The position numbers and the translations under genes were made by a program. Positions 1-12,420 of a DNA stretch of 64,000 nt are shown here, in pieces. The notes under the pieces are model-generated. The model was not told the origin of the DNA, did not search any database, and was given only the letters and a program-made list of their open reading frames with translations. Within the stretch, counting starts at the first letter, position 1. Every line of letters begins with the position of its first letter. Location: positions 80,515,868-80,579,867 of the forward strand of contig NC_057719.1 of the NCBI RefSeq assembly GCF_004010195.1, written 5' to 3'. This stretch comes from Chiloscyllium plagiosum (taxonomy: Eukaryota).

Positions 1-262
1 CTACACTTACTGTTGTAACGAGAGTGTTGCAGCATCCAATCTATATGCAGTGAACTCGTACAAACAACGATGTTCCAATAATCAGGCAATCTCTTTTATG
101 TGATGTTGGTCGAACATTAAATACTGGCCAAGATGGTGGGGAGAACTCCACTGCACTTCTGCCACAGGTTGTTTTGTATTCATTTGAGGGAACAGAGGTG
201 TCCTGGCTCAACCTCTCAACTATATGATCATCACCGTTAACTGTGCAACACTCTCTCACCGT
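1..262 (-). mobile_element. Degraded Deu-domain SINE (SacSINE/AmnSINE-like)
   Basis: Reverse complement resembles the Deu-SINE body/tail (ctggccagtattt..., acaacagtaagtgtag); similar copies at 14240, 29500, 51700 and 62080. Confidence 0.55.
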
Positions 263-552
263 TATTTTAGTCTTTGTTTAGTTTGTGATTAGATCCACTG
301 GCCTGATTGCACGTTCCCTTGACTTACTTAAAGAACAGCGACAGATATAATGTCAGTCCCAAGGAACATGGCTGTAATGGTGTAAAATGGCAAATCATAG
401 AACCAGTGCGGAAGCAGGCTATTCAGCCCATCAAGTCCACACTGACCCTCATAAGGGTGCCTTACCCAGACCTGTGCCCCCTACCCTATCCCTGTAACCC
501 TGAATTTCCCATGGCAAATCCACCTGACCTGCACATCTTTGGACTGTGGGAG

Positions 553-703
553 CAGAAAGTGAGGACTGCGGATGCTGGAGATCAGAGCTGAAAAATGTGT
601 TGCTGGAAAAGCGCAGCAGGTCAGGCAGCATCCAAGGAGCAGGAGAATCGACGTTTCAGGCGTGAGCCCTTCTTCAGGAATGAGGAAAGTGTGCCCAGCA
701 GGC
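553..703 (-). mobile_element. Penelope-like element 3' terminal unit (pseudo-LTR)
   Basis: Same sequence as the unit following the GIY-YIG ORF at 34560-34673, in reverse orientation. Confidence 0.85.
650..677 (-). ncRNA. Minimal hammerhead ribozyme core (putative)
   Basis: Minus strand reads CUGAAGA-A-GGGC-UCAC-GCCU-GAAA-CGUC. Confidence 0.7.
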
Positions 704-1527
704 AGAGCAAACCCACGCAGACACGGGGAGAATGTACAAACTCCACAGGCAGAGCAAACCCACGCAGACACGGGGAGAATGTACGAGGCTGGAATCAAAC
801 CCAGGTCCCTGGCGCAGTGAGGCAGCAGTGCTAACCACTGAGCCATGATGCCACCTGGCAAGTGATTAGAATTTTGCAGAATCACAGAAGCATTATGGTG
901 AGGAAGGAGGCCCATCATGTCTTGCCTAGCTCATTAAATGAACATTGTTACCCAGTATCAATCTGCTTTACCCTCACATCCTCGCACGTTATTTTCATCC
1001 AAATAGTCAATCAATACACACTTGAATGTCTCAGTTAGTAGCAAGGGATGAATGGAAAGAAGATATTGTGACACAGCCTTTTAAAGTGCAGCTTGTCTCT
1101 GTACACTCCACTCTTTCATTATCTAGGACTGAGTTCAATTGCTCTCATAATCCATTTGGTTGTGAGTCATTTAGTCCGACTTCATTTGACGCCTGTGTCC
1201 ATCTGTTTACATCAGGAGGAGATTAAGATCCATCCCATCTCGGTTAGAAGTAAATTTTGAAAAGCACTTTAATGGAGAACAGAGGGTCAATTGCAGCACC
1301 AACAACGTGATAAAATTGCTTCAGTCTCAAACAATGATCATCGAAAGGGAGTGAGTCAGTGGCTGGGGATCAGAATTTGTAAAGGAAAAGCAGTTGTGAG
1401 TTCGACTGTATATGAGTCTGAGTGGGTTAATGCTGAAGATTGGCACAAGCATCACCCACCATGATGACAAAGGGGCCTGTGGACAGATCAGCTTTGACTC
1501 TTGACAGCATGAAATCCAGTATCCACA

Positions 1528-1820
1528 GTCACAGAGTCATAGAGATGTACAGCACGGAAATACCTTCGGTCCACCTTGTCCATGCTGACCAGATATCCTA
1601 AATTAATCTCTTCCCATTTGCCAGCACTTGGCCGATATCCCTCTAAACCCTTCCTATTCATATACCCATCCAGATGCCTTTTAAATGCTGTAACTTTACC
1701 AGCCTCCACCACTTCCTCTGGCAGCTCATTCCATACACGCTCCACACTCTGCGTGCAAATGTTGCCGTTTAGGTCCCTTTTAAATCTTACCCCTCTCACC
1801 TTAAACCTGTGCCCACTAGT
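1528..1820 (-). mobile_element. CR1/HER1 LINE 3' fragment
   Basis: ORF 1488-1799 VWNELPEEVVEAG...FKRHLD is the CR1 ORF2 C-terminus; tail (gactctat)n. Confidence 0.9.
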
Positions 1821-2145
1821 TGACTAGAATTCACGGTGAGTGCTTGGAAGACCTAGAGTTTGAAGTTCCCGTCTATAGAAGGCTGACACAGAAATCCAGC
1901 ATCACCCAACAGTTGCGAAAGCAATCTTTGGCTACCGGGAGAAGATGTTGAAGGAACATGACACCAAAAGTGAAATCAAGCTCATGGTCTGCCGTGTGAA
2001 TGATTTCAGCACCATACTCTGAAGGCACCAACAAGGGGTACATACATATGGGGATCTCAATCCATACGTGTCATCCACACAGTCATCAGAAAAAATCTGT
2101 AACAATATCTATTATATTCATGTAACTCATGACAAACATGTAACC

Positions 2146-2790
2146 ATCATAGAATCCCAATGGTGTGGAAACAGGCCATTTGGCCCAACTGGTCCACACC
2201 AACCCTCCAAAGAGCATCCCACCTGAACCCATCCCACTACTCTATATTTCCCATGGTCAATCCACCTAACCTGCACAACGGGCAGCACGGTGGCACAGTA
2301 CGGGCAGCACAGTGGCACAGTGGTTAGCATTGCTGCCTCACAGTGCCAGAGACCGGGGTTCAATTCCCGCCTCAGGCGACTCTCTGTGTGGAGTTTGCAC
2401 ATTCTCCCCGTGTCTGTGTGGGTTTCCTCCGGGTGCTTCGGTTTCCTCCCACAGTCCAAAAAAAAATGTGCAGATTAGGTGAATTGGCCATGCTAAATTG
2501 CCCATAGTGTTAGATGAAGGGGTAAATGTAGGGGAATGGGTCTGGGTGGGTTACGCTTTGGCGGGTCAGTGTGGACTTGTTGGGCCAAAGGGCCTGTTTC
2601 CACACTGTAAGTAATCTAATCTAATCTAATCTTTGGACTGAGGGAGAAAACCAGAGCACCCAGAGGAAACCCGCACAGGCAAGGGGACAATGTGCAAACT
2701 CCACCCAGATAGTCGCCCAAGGGTGGAACCAAACCCAGGTCCCTGACTCTGTGAGGCAGCAGTGCTAACCACTGCGGCACCGTGCCATCC
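2146..2790 (-). mobile_element. HE1 SINE (minus) split by an antiparallel HE1 copy
   Basis: Tail half 2146-2276 and head half 2631-2790 join into one element. Confidence 0.85.
2278..2630 (+). mobile_element. HE1 SINE (young, nested)
   Basis: A/B-box head gtggcacagtggttagc...ggttcaattcc, tail (taatc)n. Confidence 0.92.
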
Positions 2791-3349
2791 GTGACTACTT
2801 TTTGCTCAAGTCTCTTTTACCTAGGCCATGAGGGGGCTTGCTCTCGCACACAAGGCCAAGCAGGTCCTATAGAACACTACACCTAAAGAGGATGGTGACA
2901 CTAAACATTTGTGATGTTGATGTGCAGACTTGGTTTAGCTACACATCCAAGATGATGGGCAGTGGGAAGGATTCCATTTAGCACCACACACTGGTAGCAG
3001 GGGAGGTCTGAAGATTTTTCACCAACTCAGTTCGCCTGCTCACACAGCCAGTTAGCAGCAGGCGAGAGCTGAACACTCAAGGACCTTACTGACTTCCGCA
3101 AAGAAGCATCGACATTCAATGATAAAAGCATTTCAGACGTGGTAAGGGATGAGCGGTGGCAGGGGAGTTAGGAGCTCCCTGGAGGTGGAGAATCAATTGC
3201 TTCAAAGCAGATTATAGACCTACATCACGCGATCTGAATGAGCTGTCCTAAATTGGGGTTCAGCTGGAGAACAAACAAACATTGACGGGTTACAATGAAT
3301 AAACTTAAAATCCATTGTGGACGATTCAAAGAAAAATGAAAAAGTAAGG

Positions 3350-5790
3350 ATACAAATGCTACAGGAAGGATAAAAAGGGAGGCAAGAGAGGAGGGGGAGT
3401 GGTGTTCTTGATAAGGGATAGCATTACAGCTGTGCTGATGGAGGATATTCCTGGAAATACATTCAGGGAAGTTATTTGGGGTGGAACTGAGAAATAAGAA
3501 AGAGATGATGACCTTATTGGGATTGTATTGTCGACCCCCTAATAGTCAGAGGGAAATTGAGACACAAACTTGTAAGGAGATCTCAGTTATCTGTAAGAAT
3601 AATAGTGTGGTTATGGTCAGGGATTTTAACTTTCCAAACAGACTGGGACTGCCATAGTGTTAAGGGTTTAGATGGAGAGGAATTTGTTAAGTGTGGACAA
3701 GATAATTTTCTGATTCAATATGTGAATCTACTATAGAAGATGCAAAACATGACCTACTCTTGGGAAATAAGGCAGGGCAGGTGACTGAGGTGTCAGTGGG
3801 GGAGCACTTTGGGGCCAGTGACCATAATTCTATTAGATTTAAATAGTGATGGAAAAGGATAGACCAGATCTAAAAGTTGAAGTTCTAAATTGGAGAAAGG
3901 CCAATTTTGATGGTGTTAGGCATGAACTTTCGAAAGCTGATTGGAGGCAGATGTTCGCAGGGAAAGGGACGGCTGGAAAATGGGAAGCCTTCAGAAATGA
4001 GATAACGAGAATCCAGAGAAAGTATATTCCTGTCAGGGTGAAAGGGAAGGCTGGTAGGTATAGGGAATGCTGTATGACTAAAGAAATTGAGGTTTTGATT
4101 AAGAAAAAGAAGGAAGCATATGTAAGGGAAAGATAGGATAGATCGAGTGAATCTTTAGAAGAGTATAAAGGCAGTAGAAGTATACTTAAGAGGGAAATCA
4201 GGAGGGCAAAAAGGGGACACGAGATAGCTTTGGCAAATAGAATTAAGGAGAATCCAAAGGGTTTTTACAAATACGTTAAGGACAAAAGGGTAACTAGGGG
4301 GAGAATAGGGCCCTCAAAGATCAGCAAGGAGCCACAGAAAATGGGGGGAGATACTAAATGAGTATTTTGCTTCAGTATATACTGTGGAAAAGGATATGGA
4401 AGATATAGACTGTAAGGAAATAGATGGTGATATCTTGAACAATTTCCATTTTACAGAGGAGGAAGTGCTGGATGTCTTGGAACGCATAAAGGTGGCTAAA
4501 TCCCCAGGACCTGATCAGGTGTACCCAAGAACTCTGTGGGAAGCTCAAGAAGTGATTGCTGGGCCTCTGGCTGAGATATTAGTATCATCGATAGTCACAG
4601 GTGAGCTGCCGGAAGACTGGAAGTTGGCTAATGTGGTGCCGTTGTTTAAGAAGGGCGGTAAAGACAAACCAGGGAACTATAGACCAGTGAGCCTGACGTC
4701 GGTGATGGGCAAGTTGTTGGAGGGAATCCTGAGGGACAGGATGTACATGTATTTGTAAAGGCAATGGCTGATTAGGGATAGTCAACATGGCTTTGTGTGT
4801 AGGAAATCATGTCTCACAAACTTGATTGAGTTTTTTGAAGAAGTAACAAAGAGGATTGATGAGGGCAGAGTGGTAGATGTGATCTATATGGACTTCAGTA
4901 AGGCGTTCNNNNNNNNNNNNNNNNNNNNNNNNNNNNNNNNNNNNNNNNNNNNNNNNNNNNNNNNNNNNNNNNNNNNNNNNNNNNNNNNNNNNNNNNNNNN
5001 NNNNNNNNNNNNNNNNNNNNNNNNNNNNNNNNNNNNNNNNNNNNNNNNNNNNNNNNNNNNNNNNNNNNNNNNNNNNNNNNNNNNNNNNNNNNNNNNNNNN
5101 NNNNNNNNNNNNNNNNNNNNNNNNNNNNNNNNNNNNNNNNNNNNNNNNNNNNNNNNNNNNNNNNNNNNNNNNNNNNNNNNNNNNNNNNNNNNNNNNNNNN
5201 NNNNNNNNNNNNNNNNNNNNNNNNNNNNNNNNNNNNNNNNNNNNNNNNNNNNNNNNNNNNNNNNNNNNNNNNNNNNNNNNNNNNNNNNNNNNNNNNNNNN
5301 NNNNNNNNNNNNNNNNNNNNNNNNNNNNNNNNNNNNNNNNNNNNNNNNNNNNNNNNNNNNNNNNNNNNNNNNNNNNNNNNNNNNNNNNNNNNNNNNNNNN
5401 NNNNNNNNNNNNNNNNNNNNNNNNNNNNNNNNNNNNNNNNNNNNNNNNNNNNNNNNNNNNNNNNNNNNNNNNNNNNNNNNNNNNNNNNNNNNNNNNNNNN
5501 NNNNNNNNNNNNNNNNNNNNNNNNNNNAGAGACCTAAGGGGCAACTTTTTCACGCAGAGGGTGGTAAGTGTATGGAATGAGCTGCCAGAGGAAGTGGTGG
5601 AGACTGGTACAATTGCAACATTTAAGAGGCATTTGGATGGGTATATGAATAGGAAGGGTTTGGAGAGATATTGGCCGGGTGCTGGAAGGTGGGACTAGTT
5701 TGAGTTGGGATATCTGGTCGGCATGAATGGGTTGGACCGAAGGGTCTGTTTCCATGCTGTACATCTCCATGACTCTATGACTCTATAGTA
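3350..5790 (+). mobile_element. CR1/HER1 LINE, 5'-truncated, ORF2 (endonuclease + RT) with stops and frameshifts
   Basis: Peptides KSPGPDQVYPR, PEDWKLANVVPLFKKG..PGNYRPVSLTS, SCLTNLIEFF, YMDFSKAF; tail gactctatgactctat. Confidence 0.95.
4909..5527. other. Assembly gap
   Basis: Run of N. Confidence 1.
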
Positions 5791-6019
5791 TAAGCTGGGA
5801 ACATGAAAAGGAAAGAAAGTACTTACTGTTCAGATCAAACAATATTGAGGGCTGACAATATAAGGCATGTCTATAACAAGGGAAATTAAGGGCTACAAAA
5901 TAAGCTAAACAGGGGTCTCAGACCCAGGGTCAGCACAAAGCCAACATTAAAGCTACAAAGAGGAGGAGTGGAAGGCTTGACCACATATGATCTAATGGAA
6001 GGGGAAGGTATGGAGAGTT

Positions 6020-6350
6020 GATAGATTAGATTATTAGATTACTTACAGTGTGGAAACAAGCCCCTCGGCCCAACAAGTCCACACCGATTCCTCCGAAGAG
6101 CAACCCACCCAGATGCACCCCCCTACATTTACCCCTTCAGCCAACACTATGGGCAATTTAGCATGGCCAACTCACCTAACCTGCACATTTTTGGACTGTG
6201 GGAGTAAACCGGAGCACTCAGACAAAACCCATGCAGACACGGGGAGAATGTTCAAACTCCACACAGACAGTTGCCTGAGGTGGGAATTGAACCCGGGTCT
6301 CTGGCGCTGTGAGGCAGCAGTGTTAACCACTGAGCCACCGTGCCGCCCAC
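6020..6350 (-). mobile_element. HE1 SINE
   Basis: Reverse-complement head ggcggcacggtggctcagtggttaacac; (tagat)n tail on plus. Confidence 0.92.
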
Positions 6351-6654
6351 TGGGGGCCACAAAACAGACAGATCCTTCTTTGAAACTCTGTTAAATGTGA
6401 GAAGTATTTATTTAAAATGCAGAGAGCAGGAACAATTCAGGAAAATACCACTAGAGAACTGAAGATCGTTATCAAGACTGAAGACAATAGGAATAATCTG
6501 GAAACAAGTGTTAAAAATGCAGAATTAATCTTGTAAATCAGTGAGTGGTGGGAGACAGTCAGTAAAACCATTATGGTGTCCTGAATTTTGAATTCAAATG
6601 GGTTCTGCTGCAATTAAGTAAATAGCTGTTCAAACATTTGCTACCAATGCCTTA

Positions 6655-6970
6655 ACTTGAACGAAGCCTATTCAAGCTATCACCCCTGTGCTCACTCACT
6701 CACACTGACACTTGGTCAAGCAGCATCTTGTTTGAAAATTCCCATGCTTATTTTCAAATCGATCAAGTCTCTCCTTGGCTCTGTTTTCCTCTGAAGGATC
6801 TGCACTTTTCCATATCTTGTCTTTTGATGTTAATTATTGTACCATTGGTGTCTGTTAAACCAGCTTGCTAGGCCTAAGGCCTAGAGTACCCTCACAATGC
6901 CTCACTGCCCCTCTATTCCTCTTTTCTTCTTACAGCTCCCCAACCTGACCAAGACTTTGCTCATCTGTCC
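6655..6970 (+). mobile_element. L2-type LINE 3' remnant
   Basis: atcacccctgtgctc...ttggtcaagcagcatcttgtttgaaaattccc resembles ITPVL..LHWLPV..R..FKI; similar pieces at 13930-14180 (+) and 57300-57990 (-). Confidence 0.55.
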
Positions 6971-6974
6971 ATCG

Positions 6975-7390
6975 TGTTGTCTCTGGGTGGCTGGGAGAGG
7001 GGGTTAGCTGTGGAGCAGATTGGATCACTGGGGATTGGGGTTGGGGGCAATGGTGGTGGGGAGGGGTGGATGTGAGGGGCAGGATGTTATGCCAGGCCCA
7101 GCTGTGGCAAAGAGGGAGGTTGGGCCTGGGGACAGAGGGGTGGCTTCAGGCCCTGGAAGGAGAGAGGACATGCCCAGTTGGGGATCTAGGGGAACTGTAG
7201 TGGGGAGAGGGTGTGTGAAGTAAGATAAGGATTCAGCTGAATAGTTCCTCAGGAGTTAGACTAGGTAATTAATGGTTTAACTTTTCTGAAGTAATTATTT
7301 ACCTAACTGCAGCCGAACCCATCTGAATCCACCGATTTAAATGGATACTTCCAGAGGGTTCCAAAAATATAGAATTTCCAAGTTGAATCT
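6975..7390 (-). repeat. Unclassified dispersed repeat, homologous to 26560-26784 + 27355-27900
   Basis: Reverse complement shares aaccctc..., gtaaaata(a/g)ttact...aaagt..., gtctaac(t/g)cctgag..., c(a/g)ctga, followed by a C-rich block. Confidence 0.6.
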
Positions 7391-7859
7391 TCAATTTCTC
7401 CTGCAATTTCTTTGGAGTCCTTTATGATGAGGATTCCACAGGATCCTCATGTACAACACCTATGCTTCAGAAACAAATATCTGACGATTGTAAAACCAGG
7501 ACCAATTGTTTTTTTAGAAGTGCCAACATCAAAACCTAAAATCCTAACCTAAGAATTCCAGGACAATGTGATCTAGATGTGGGCTGTGAGGATATCACTT
7601 GATTATAATTGCTTATGAATATTCATTGTAAGAAGCAATTCTACATTTCATCATGGAAGAGAATGCTGCATTACAGAATATACAATCTCAAAGTGACTCA
7701 CTTCATTTATATACATACTGACTGCTCAAAACAAAAATAACCATTCAGTGCTCTATTATCTCAGTACTGAATGGCAGCTCTACAGTCAATTAAAGACAGT
7801 TATAAATGTTGAATGACAATTCTTTGAACACACACACACGCACACACACTCACTCCAGT

Positions 7860-8060
7860 CATAGCAGTCATCACACTACCATCCTCAATAGAGAGAGATA
7901 ACTGGTGGTGGTTTAACCTGAGGGTAAGCACATCTCAGGCAACAGGCAAGGTCAAGAGGGTGGGACCTTCATTGTGACTTGAGCTGGTAATGAGAATGGA
8001 ACCTGTTTTCTGAGTAGCACCCTGCTGCACAAATCAATCATCCAACCAACTGGGCGATAA
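7860..8060 (-). mobile_element. Degraded tRNA-derived SINE (third family)
   Basis: Reverse complement starts cccagttggttggatgattg...ggttccattctc (A/B-box-like). Confidence 0.45.
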
Positions 8061-8767
8061 ACTCTTTCGAATGTCTTTGTCTCAGCCTTCAGGGAGATTT
8101 GGGGACCACTTGTGTCTTGATGCGGTTTCCCTAAGTCTCTGTGTACATGTCTGTGCATTGACTTTTTAAAAGCCACTGTGGTTATAGAGCAGGCTTTCCT
8201 TCTCCATTGTGTGCCCTTAAAAGCATTTTAAAAATAGGTCTTACCACTCTGTTTAAAACTACCTCTTTATGACTGCTTGAGGTCCACTGTTTATTTTTCT
8301 TTTTTTATCTTACAGCTGGTTGGCTACTTTCCAACAGGAAAGCTTCAAGGTTCTGAAATGTCCTAGGCTTTTGTTTGATTTTTTAAATGAGTTTCTTGGC
8401 ACTTGAACAAATCAAATAGTGAATTTAATTTTCATTAATGAACACCACAGTTTCTTCACGAAATTGGCCACTTTGTTTGAAGTATCGCTCCACCTACCCA
8501 TGTCACAGTTTATCTACATAATGCACTGCCTTCTCTCACTGTCTGGGACTCCATGTCTGTCTCCCTCTCTTATCCATCTGTGTGTTGACAAGGTTAACGC
8601 TAATCTCCTGCAGCATGGCACCAGTGAAGCAGAGGAGGGGCTAGGACAACGTGTTCTATGGGCACGCCAGGTCACGGCATTGCTATAGCACCTGCTCACG
8701 ATGAAGGTTGCTCCAACCAGCCATTTCATGTGTAGGAAACGACAGTGTCTGCTTTGTCTAGTATTGA

Positions 8768-8888
8768 TGTGGAGGTACCAGCGTTGGACTGGGGTGGACC
8801 AAGTCAGTAGTCACGTGACACCAGGTTATAGTTGAACAGATTTATTTGAAATCACAAGTTTCTGGAACGCTGACCCTTTATCAGGTTG
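8768..8888 (-). mobile_element. Short PLE-associated repeat family B (degraded)
   Basis: gttggactggggtggac...caccaggttatagt...tttatttgaaatcacaag; same family at 34000-34724 and 61655-61760. Confidence 0.65.
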
Positions 8889-9574
8889 AATCCAACAGAA
8901 ATATGAGCAGAAGTAAACCTCTCTATTCCTGGAGACTTTTCCATCATTCAGTAAGATCAGAACTCACCCTTATAATTCCAATTTCACACTTCCATCTCTC
9001 CTGAATAACCCTCCATTCCCTGTCTGACAAAGATCTATCCATCACAATCCTCGGTGTGAAAAATATTCTCTTAATTTCTGTCCTGACAGAGCTACCCCTA
9101 ATTTTAAACCCCCACCCCCAATTCTGGACTGATTCACAAAAGGAAACATACTTTTCATATCTACTTTGTTCAAGATCCTTCAGAATCTTACAGCTTTAAC
9201 CAAGTTACCTTTCACTCTTCTGAAAAAGTGGAAACTAGCCCAGCCTGTCCAACCCATTCTCATGAGACAAGCCCCTCATTCCAGATGTTAATCTTGTAAA
9301 TCTCCTCTGAGCTGCCTCCAATGTCTTTAAGTCTCTCTTTAAATATGGAGACCAAAACTGAACACAGTATTCCAGATTGATTTAATATTTCAGCCAAAAC
9401 ATGGCACTTTCAACATTGTAGCAGTTCCTCTGTACCAAACTGTAGCCAGGATTTTGTGGTCCAGTAAGTACGATGTGATTGCTTATACTCAGTTCCTCTA
9501 GTCCCATGCAGAACAATGCAAGCAAAACTCCACCACCAACCCTGATCTAATGCAGTGATTTGCAAAGGATGTTG

Positions 9575-9862
9575 GGTGGCAGGGTGGCAGTGCTCCCTCA
9601 CAATGCCAGGGACCTGCCAGCCTCAGGCGACTGGCTGTGTGGAGTTTGCACATTATCTTTGTGGTTTCCTTTCACAGTCCAAAGATGTGTGTGGGTTAGA
9701 TGTATAGGCCATGCTAAATTGCCGATAGTGTCCAGGGATGTGTGGGCTAGGTGAATTAGCCATGGGAAATGCAGGATTACTGGGTTTGGGTGGGATGCTC
9801 TTTGGAGGGGCAGTATCAACTTGATGGGCTGAATGGCCTGTTTCCACACTGTAGGGATTCTA
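9575..9862 (+). mobile_element. HE1 SINE (degraded)
   Basis: V-domain tgtgtggagtttgcacatt...cagtccaaagatgtg, tail ggcctgtttccacactgtagggattcta. Confidence 0.85.
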
Positions 9863-11084
9863 CATGGTCTCATCAATTCCCTGTATAACTGAAGCATAAC
9901 AGCCTTCTTCTCATGTTGAATTCCTCTCATAATAGAGGGTAGCATTCCATTAGGCTTCACATTTTCCCACAGCACTCTGCAGCTGCCAGATTTTTGCTTG
10001 CTCACTCAGTCTATTTATATTTATCTGCAACTTCTTTATGCCTACTCCGCAACACACTTTCCCACTATTTGGGTGTGTCATCTATGAATTTAGCTCCTAA
10101 GCCTTTACTCCCTTCATTCAAGTCATTGAAGCTAAGGACCCAGCACAGACCCCTGCAGGATTCTACTTGTTACATCCTGTCAATCAGACAAAGACCCAAT
10201 TATGTATACTCTCTGTTTACTGCCAAACCAGCCAGTTTTCTATCTATGTTAGCCCCCATACCATGAACTTTTATTTTCCAATAATCTTTGATATGGCACC
10301 TTATCAAATGCCTTCTGAAAATCCAAGATAATATGTCCACAGGCTCCTCTTTATCCACACTGCATGTTACTCCTTCAAAGAAGTGCAATAAATTAGTTAA
10401 ACATGAATCAGAAAGGTTTGGAGGGATATGGGCCAAGTGCAGGCAGGTGGGATAGTTTAATTTGGTCGGCATGGACTAGTTAGACCGAAGGGTCTGGTAT
10501 GACTCCATAACTCCATGATTTCCTTTTGATAAAACCACACCAACTCTCTCTAATCACCTTAAACTTTCCTAAGTGAGCAACCATAATCTCTTCAAAGACT
10601 GATTCTACCGTATTCCGCGCAACAGGCATTAAATCAACTGGCTCATCATTTCCAGTTTTCTGCCTTCCTCCTTGCTATTTTGCAGTGAAATGTAATCTTT
10701 CCAGAAATTTTAATTAACACAAACACATCTACCAGCTCACTAACCAGCAGTCTTAAGATCCCAGGATGAAATCCATTGGGACCCAGAGACATAACAGCTA
10801 CAGCACCATTAGTTTGACCTCTATTATTATTGTCATTTCCTCTTATTTCCACTTTCTGATTTACAGCTATTACTGGAATGTTTCTGTATCCTCTGTACTG
10901 AAGGCAAAAGCAAAATATTTGTGACTTTCATCCACCATTTCCCAATTATCCACTCTTAACTCCCCATCCTCACTCTTTGGAGAACCAACACTAAATACTT
11001 AAAATTTGACTTTTTAAATACCTTTAGAAATTCTTGCTATCCATTCCGATATTCCTCGCCAGCTTCCTCTAACATGCTATAAAA

Positions 11085-11255
11085 TAAAACAAAAGAACTG
11101 CAGATGCTGTAAATCAAGAACAAAAACAGAAGTTGCTGGAAAAGCTCAGCAGGTCTGGCAGCATCTGTGAAGAGAAATCAGCAGCAGGTCTGGCAGCATC
11201 TGTGAAGAGAAATCAGATTTAATGTTTCAGGTCCAGTGACCTGAGTTCTGAGACC
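11085..11255 (-). mobile_element. PLE terminal unit, subfamily 2, with internal ~35-bp tandem duplication
   Basis: aactgcagatgctg...ctggaaaagctcagcaggtctggcagcatctgtgaagagaaatcag; the cagcaggtctggcagcatctgtgaagagaaatcag block occurs twice. Confidence 0.7.
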
Positions 11256-11799
11256 TGTTCCTCCTGATTAACCTTCTCATCATTCTCTGCCATTCTTTAT
11301 GATCTCAGCAATCATCTGAGTTGCTACACATCTTTACACCATTGTAAACACTCTCCTTAAGTTTGATGTGTTCTCTAGTTTCTTCAGATAACCACAAATG
11401 ACAGGTTTTCACTTTAGAATTGTTCTTTACAGTAGGATTGTTAGCGTACTGTTATAATTATGGCGAGGACCACACTCCTTCAAGGTCCTAAGTTGTTCTC
11501 CCCGGTAAGTCCATACAGCATCCACATAGTGGGCGATGCTTGCGGGCACAGCTCAGTATTAACCCTTTCAGTCCCATTCTCTGAAGGCTCCTTGTGCTTC
11601 TCTCCCACCAAGACCTGCAATGTGCCCGAGGGAGATGAAAGACATTATATGGTGGCACAAATTGGTGAAATACGTTTCCAAGTTAGTGCAGTGCAGATTA
11701 TAACTTCTCATGTATTGGTGACATCAATTCAGCATGAGAGAGAGTCAAGAAGTAAACTGTAGGGTATAGGCTATGATCTGACACTATGTTTGTTTCTGG

Positions 11800-12420
11800 A
11801 CTATACCCATCTGTCCATCGCCAAGGACCTGTACTAGTAACACCGTGCCAATCTGAAGGGCACCATCCATTACGGTGCTCAGTGACAACGGCTGCAAGTC
11901 AGTTCCATGGCTCTCAGTCTTTCCTTTACATTTTAACTCTATTCACCTGCAATGAGAAATGGTAGAGAGTGAGAAATCTCAAAAGTGGAGGTTGAACATG
12001 ACTCATTTTTCGAGACAGACTGTGAGGAGAAGAGGAAAGAGGGCAATAGCCTGATGATGAGTGCAAGTGTTGTCTGGTGAGGAAGAGGTTTGGGTGAGGA
12101 GGCAGGAGAGAAAGCAATGTACAATGACAGAGGACAACTATGTAGAAGAAAGCTAGTGAGGTGAGAGAGTGGCAACTTGTAGTACACTGACCTTGACAGA
12201 TCTAATCCAGCTATTACACCTCTCTCACCACTAGGTGTAGATCCTGGGTACTTAATGCCAGCTGCTCACCATTTCTACTACAACTTGCAGTCACATCTAC
12301 TTGGTAATGTTGGCTGATGTCCTCCTCCTCCCATCCTCAGGAAACAGGACTTCTCTGTCTTCAATGCATGCAACATGACCTCTAGAGATGGGTTTGAGCT
12401 TAAAAAAAGAACGTAATCTT
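11800..12420 (-). pseudogene. Harbinger/PIF transposon Myb/SANT-like gene remnant
   Basis: Minus-strand translation SLEVMLHALK/REVLFPEDGRRRTSANITK*M*LQVV..VSS....RIYT*W*ERCNSWIRSVK, then donor gtcagt (12186-12191) and acceptor ctcattgcag (~11948). Confidence 0.55.

Larger units (their letters stand above)
395..856 (-). mobile_element. HE1-type tRNA-derived V-SINE, interrupted by a PLE terminal unit
   Basis: Reverse complement gives the head gtggcatcatggctcagtggttagcactgctgcctcac...ggtttgattcc and the LINE-like tail; 553-703 is foreign. Confidence 0.9.
1850..3130 (+). mobile_element. Highly degraded RTE-type LINE 3' region (split by SINEs at 2146-2790)
   Basis: Residual similarity to the RTE RT C-terminus (ctttggctaccgggagaag..., aagctcatggtctgccgtg ~ KLMVYRA). 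Confidence 0.4.
8895..11430 (-). mobile_element. Old CR1 LINE, fragmented by later insertions
   Basis: Minus-strand peptides SCLTNLLHFFEGVT, SLGPNGFHPGIL, VMLQLYRELMRP. Confidence 0.75.

Noticed and set aside
1380..1490. Similarity to 48320-48440 (gggttaatgctga.gattg...caagca.caccca)
   Set aside because: Probably another old dispersed repeat; too degraded to delimit or classify by eye
4795..5580. Long ORFs spanning N runs (also 60401-61183)
   Set aside because: Length is an artefact of assembly gaps
8592..8670. Possible exon VNANLLQHGTSEAEEGLGQRVLWARQ
   Set aside because: Weak donor (gtcacg), no recognisable product, no compatible neighbouring exon found
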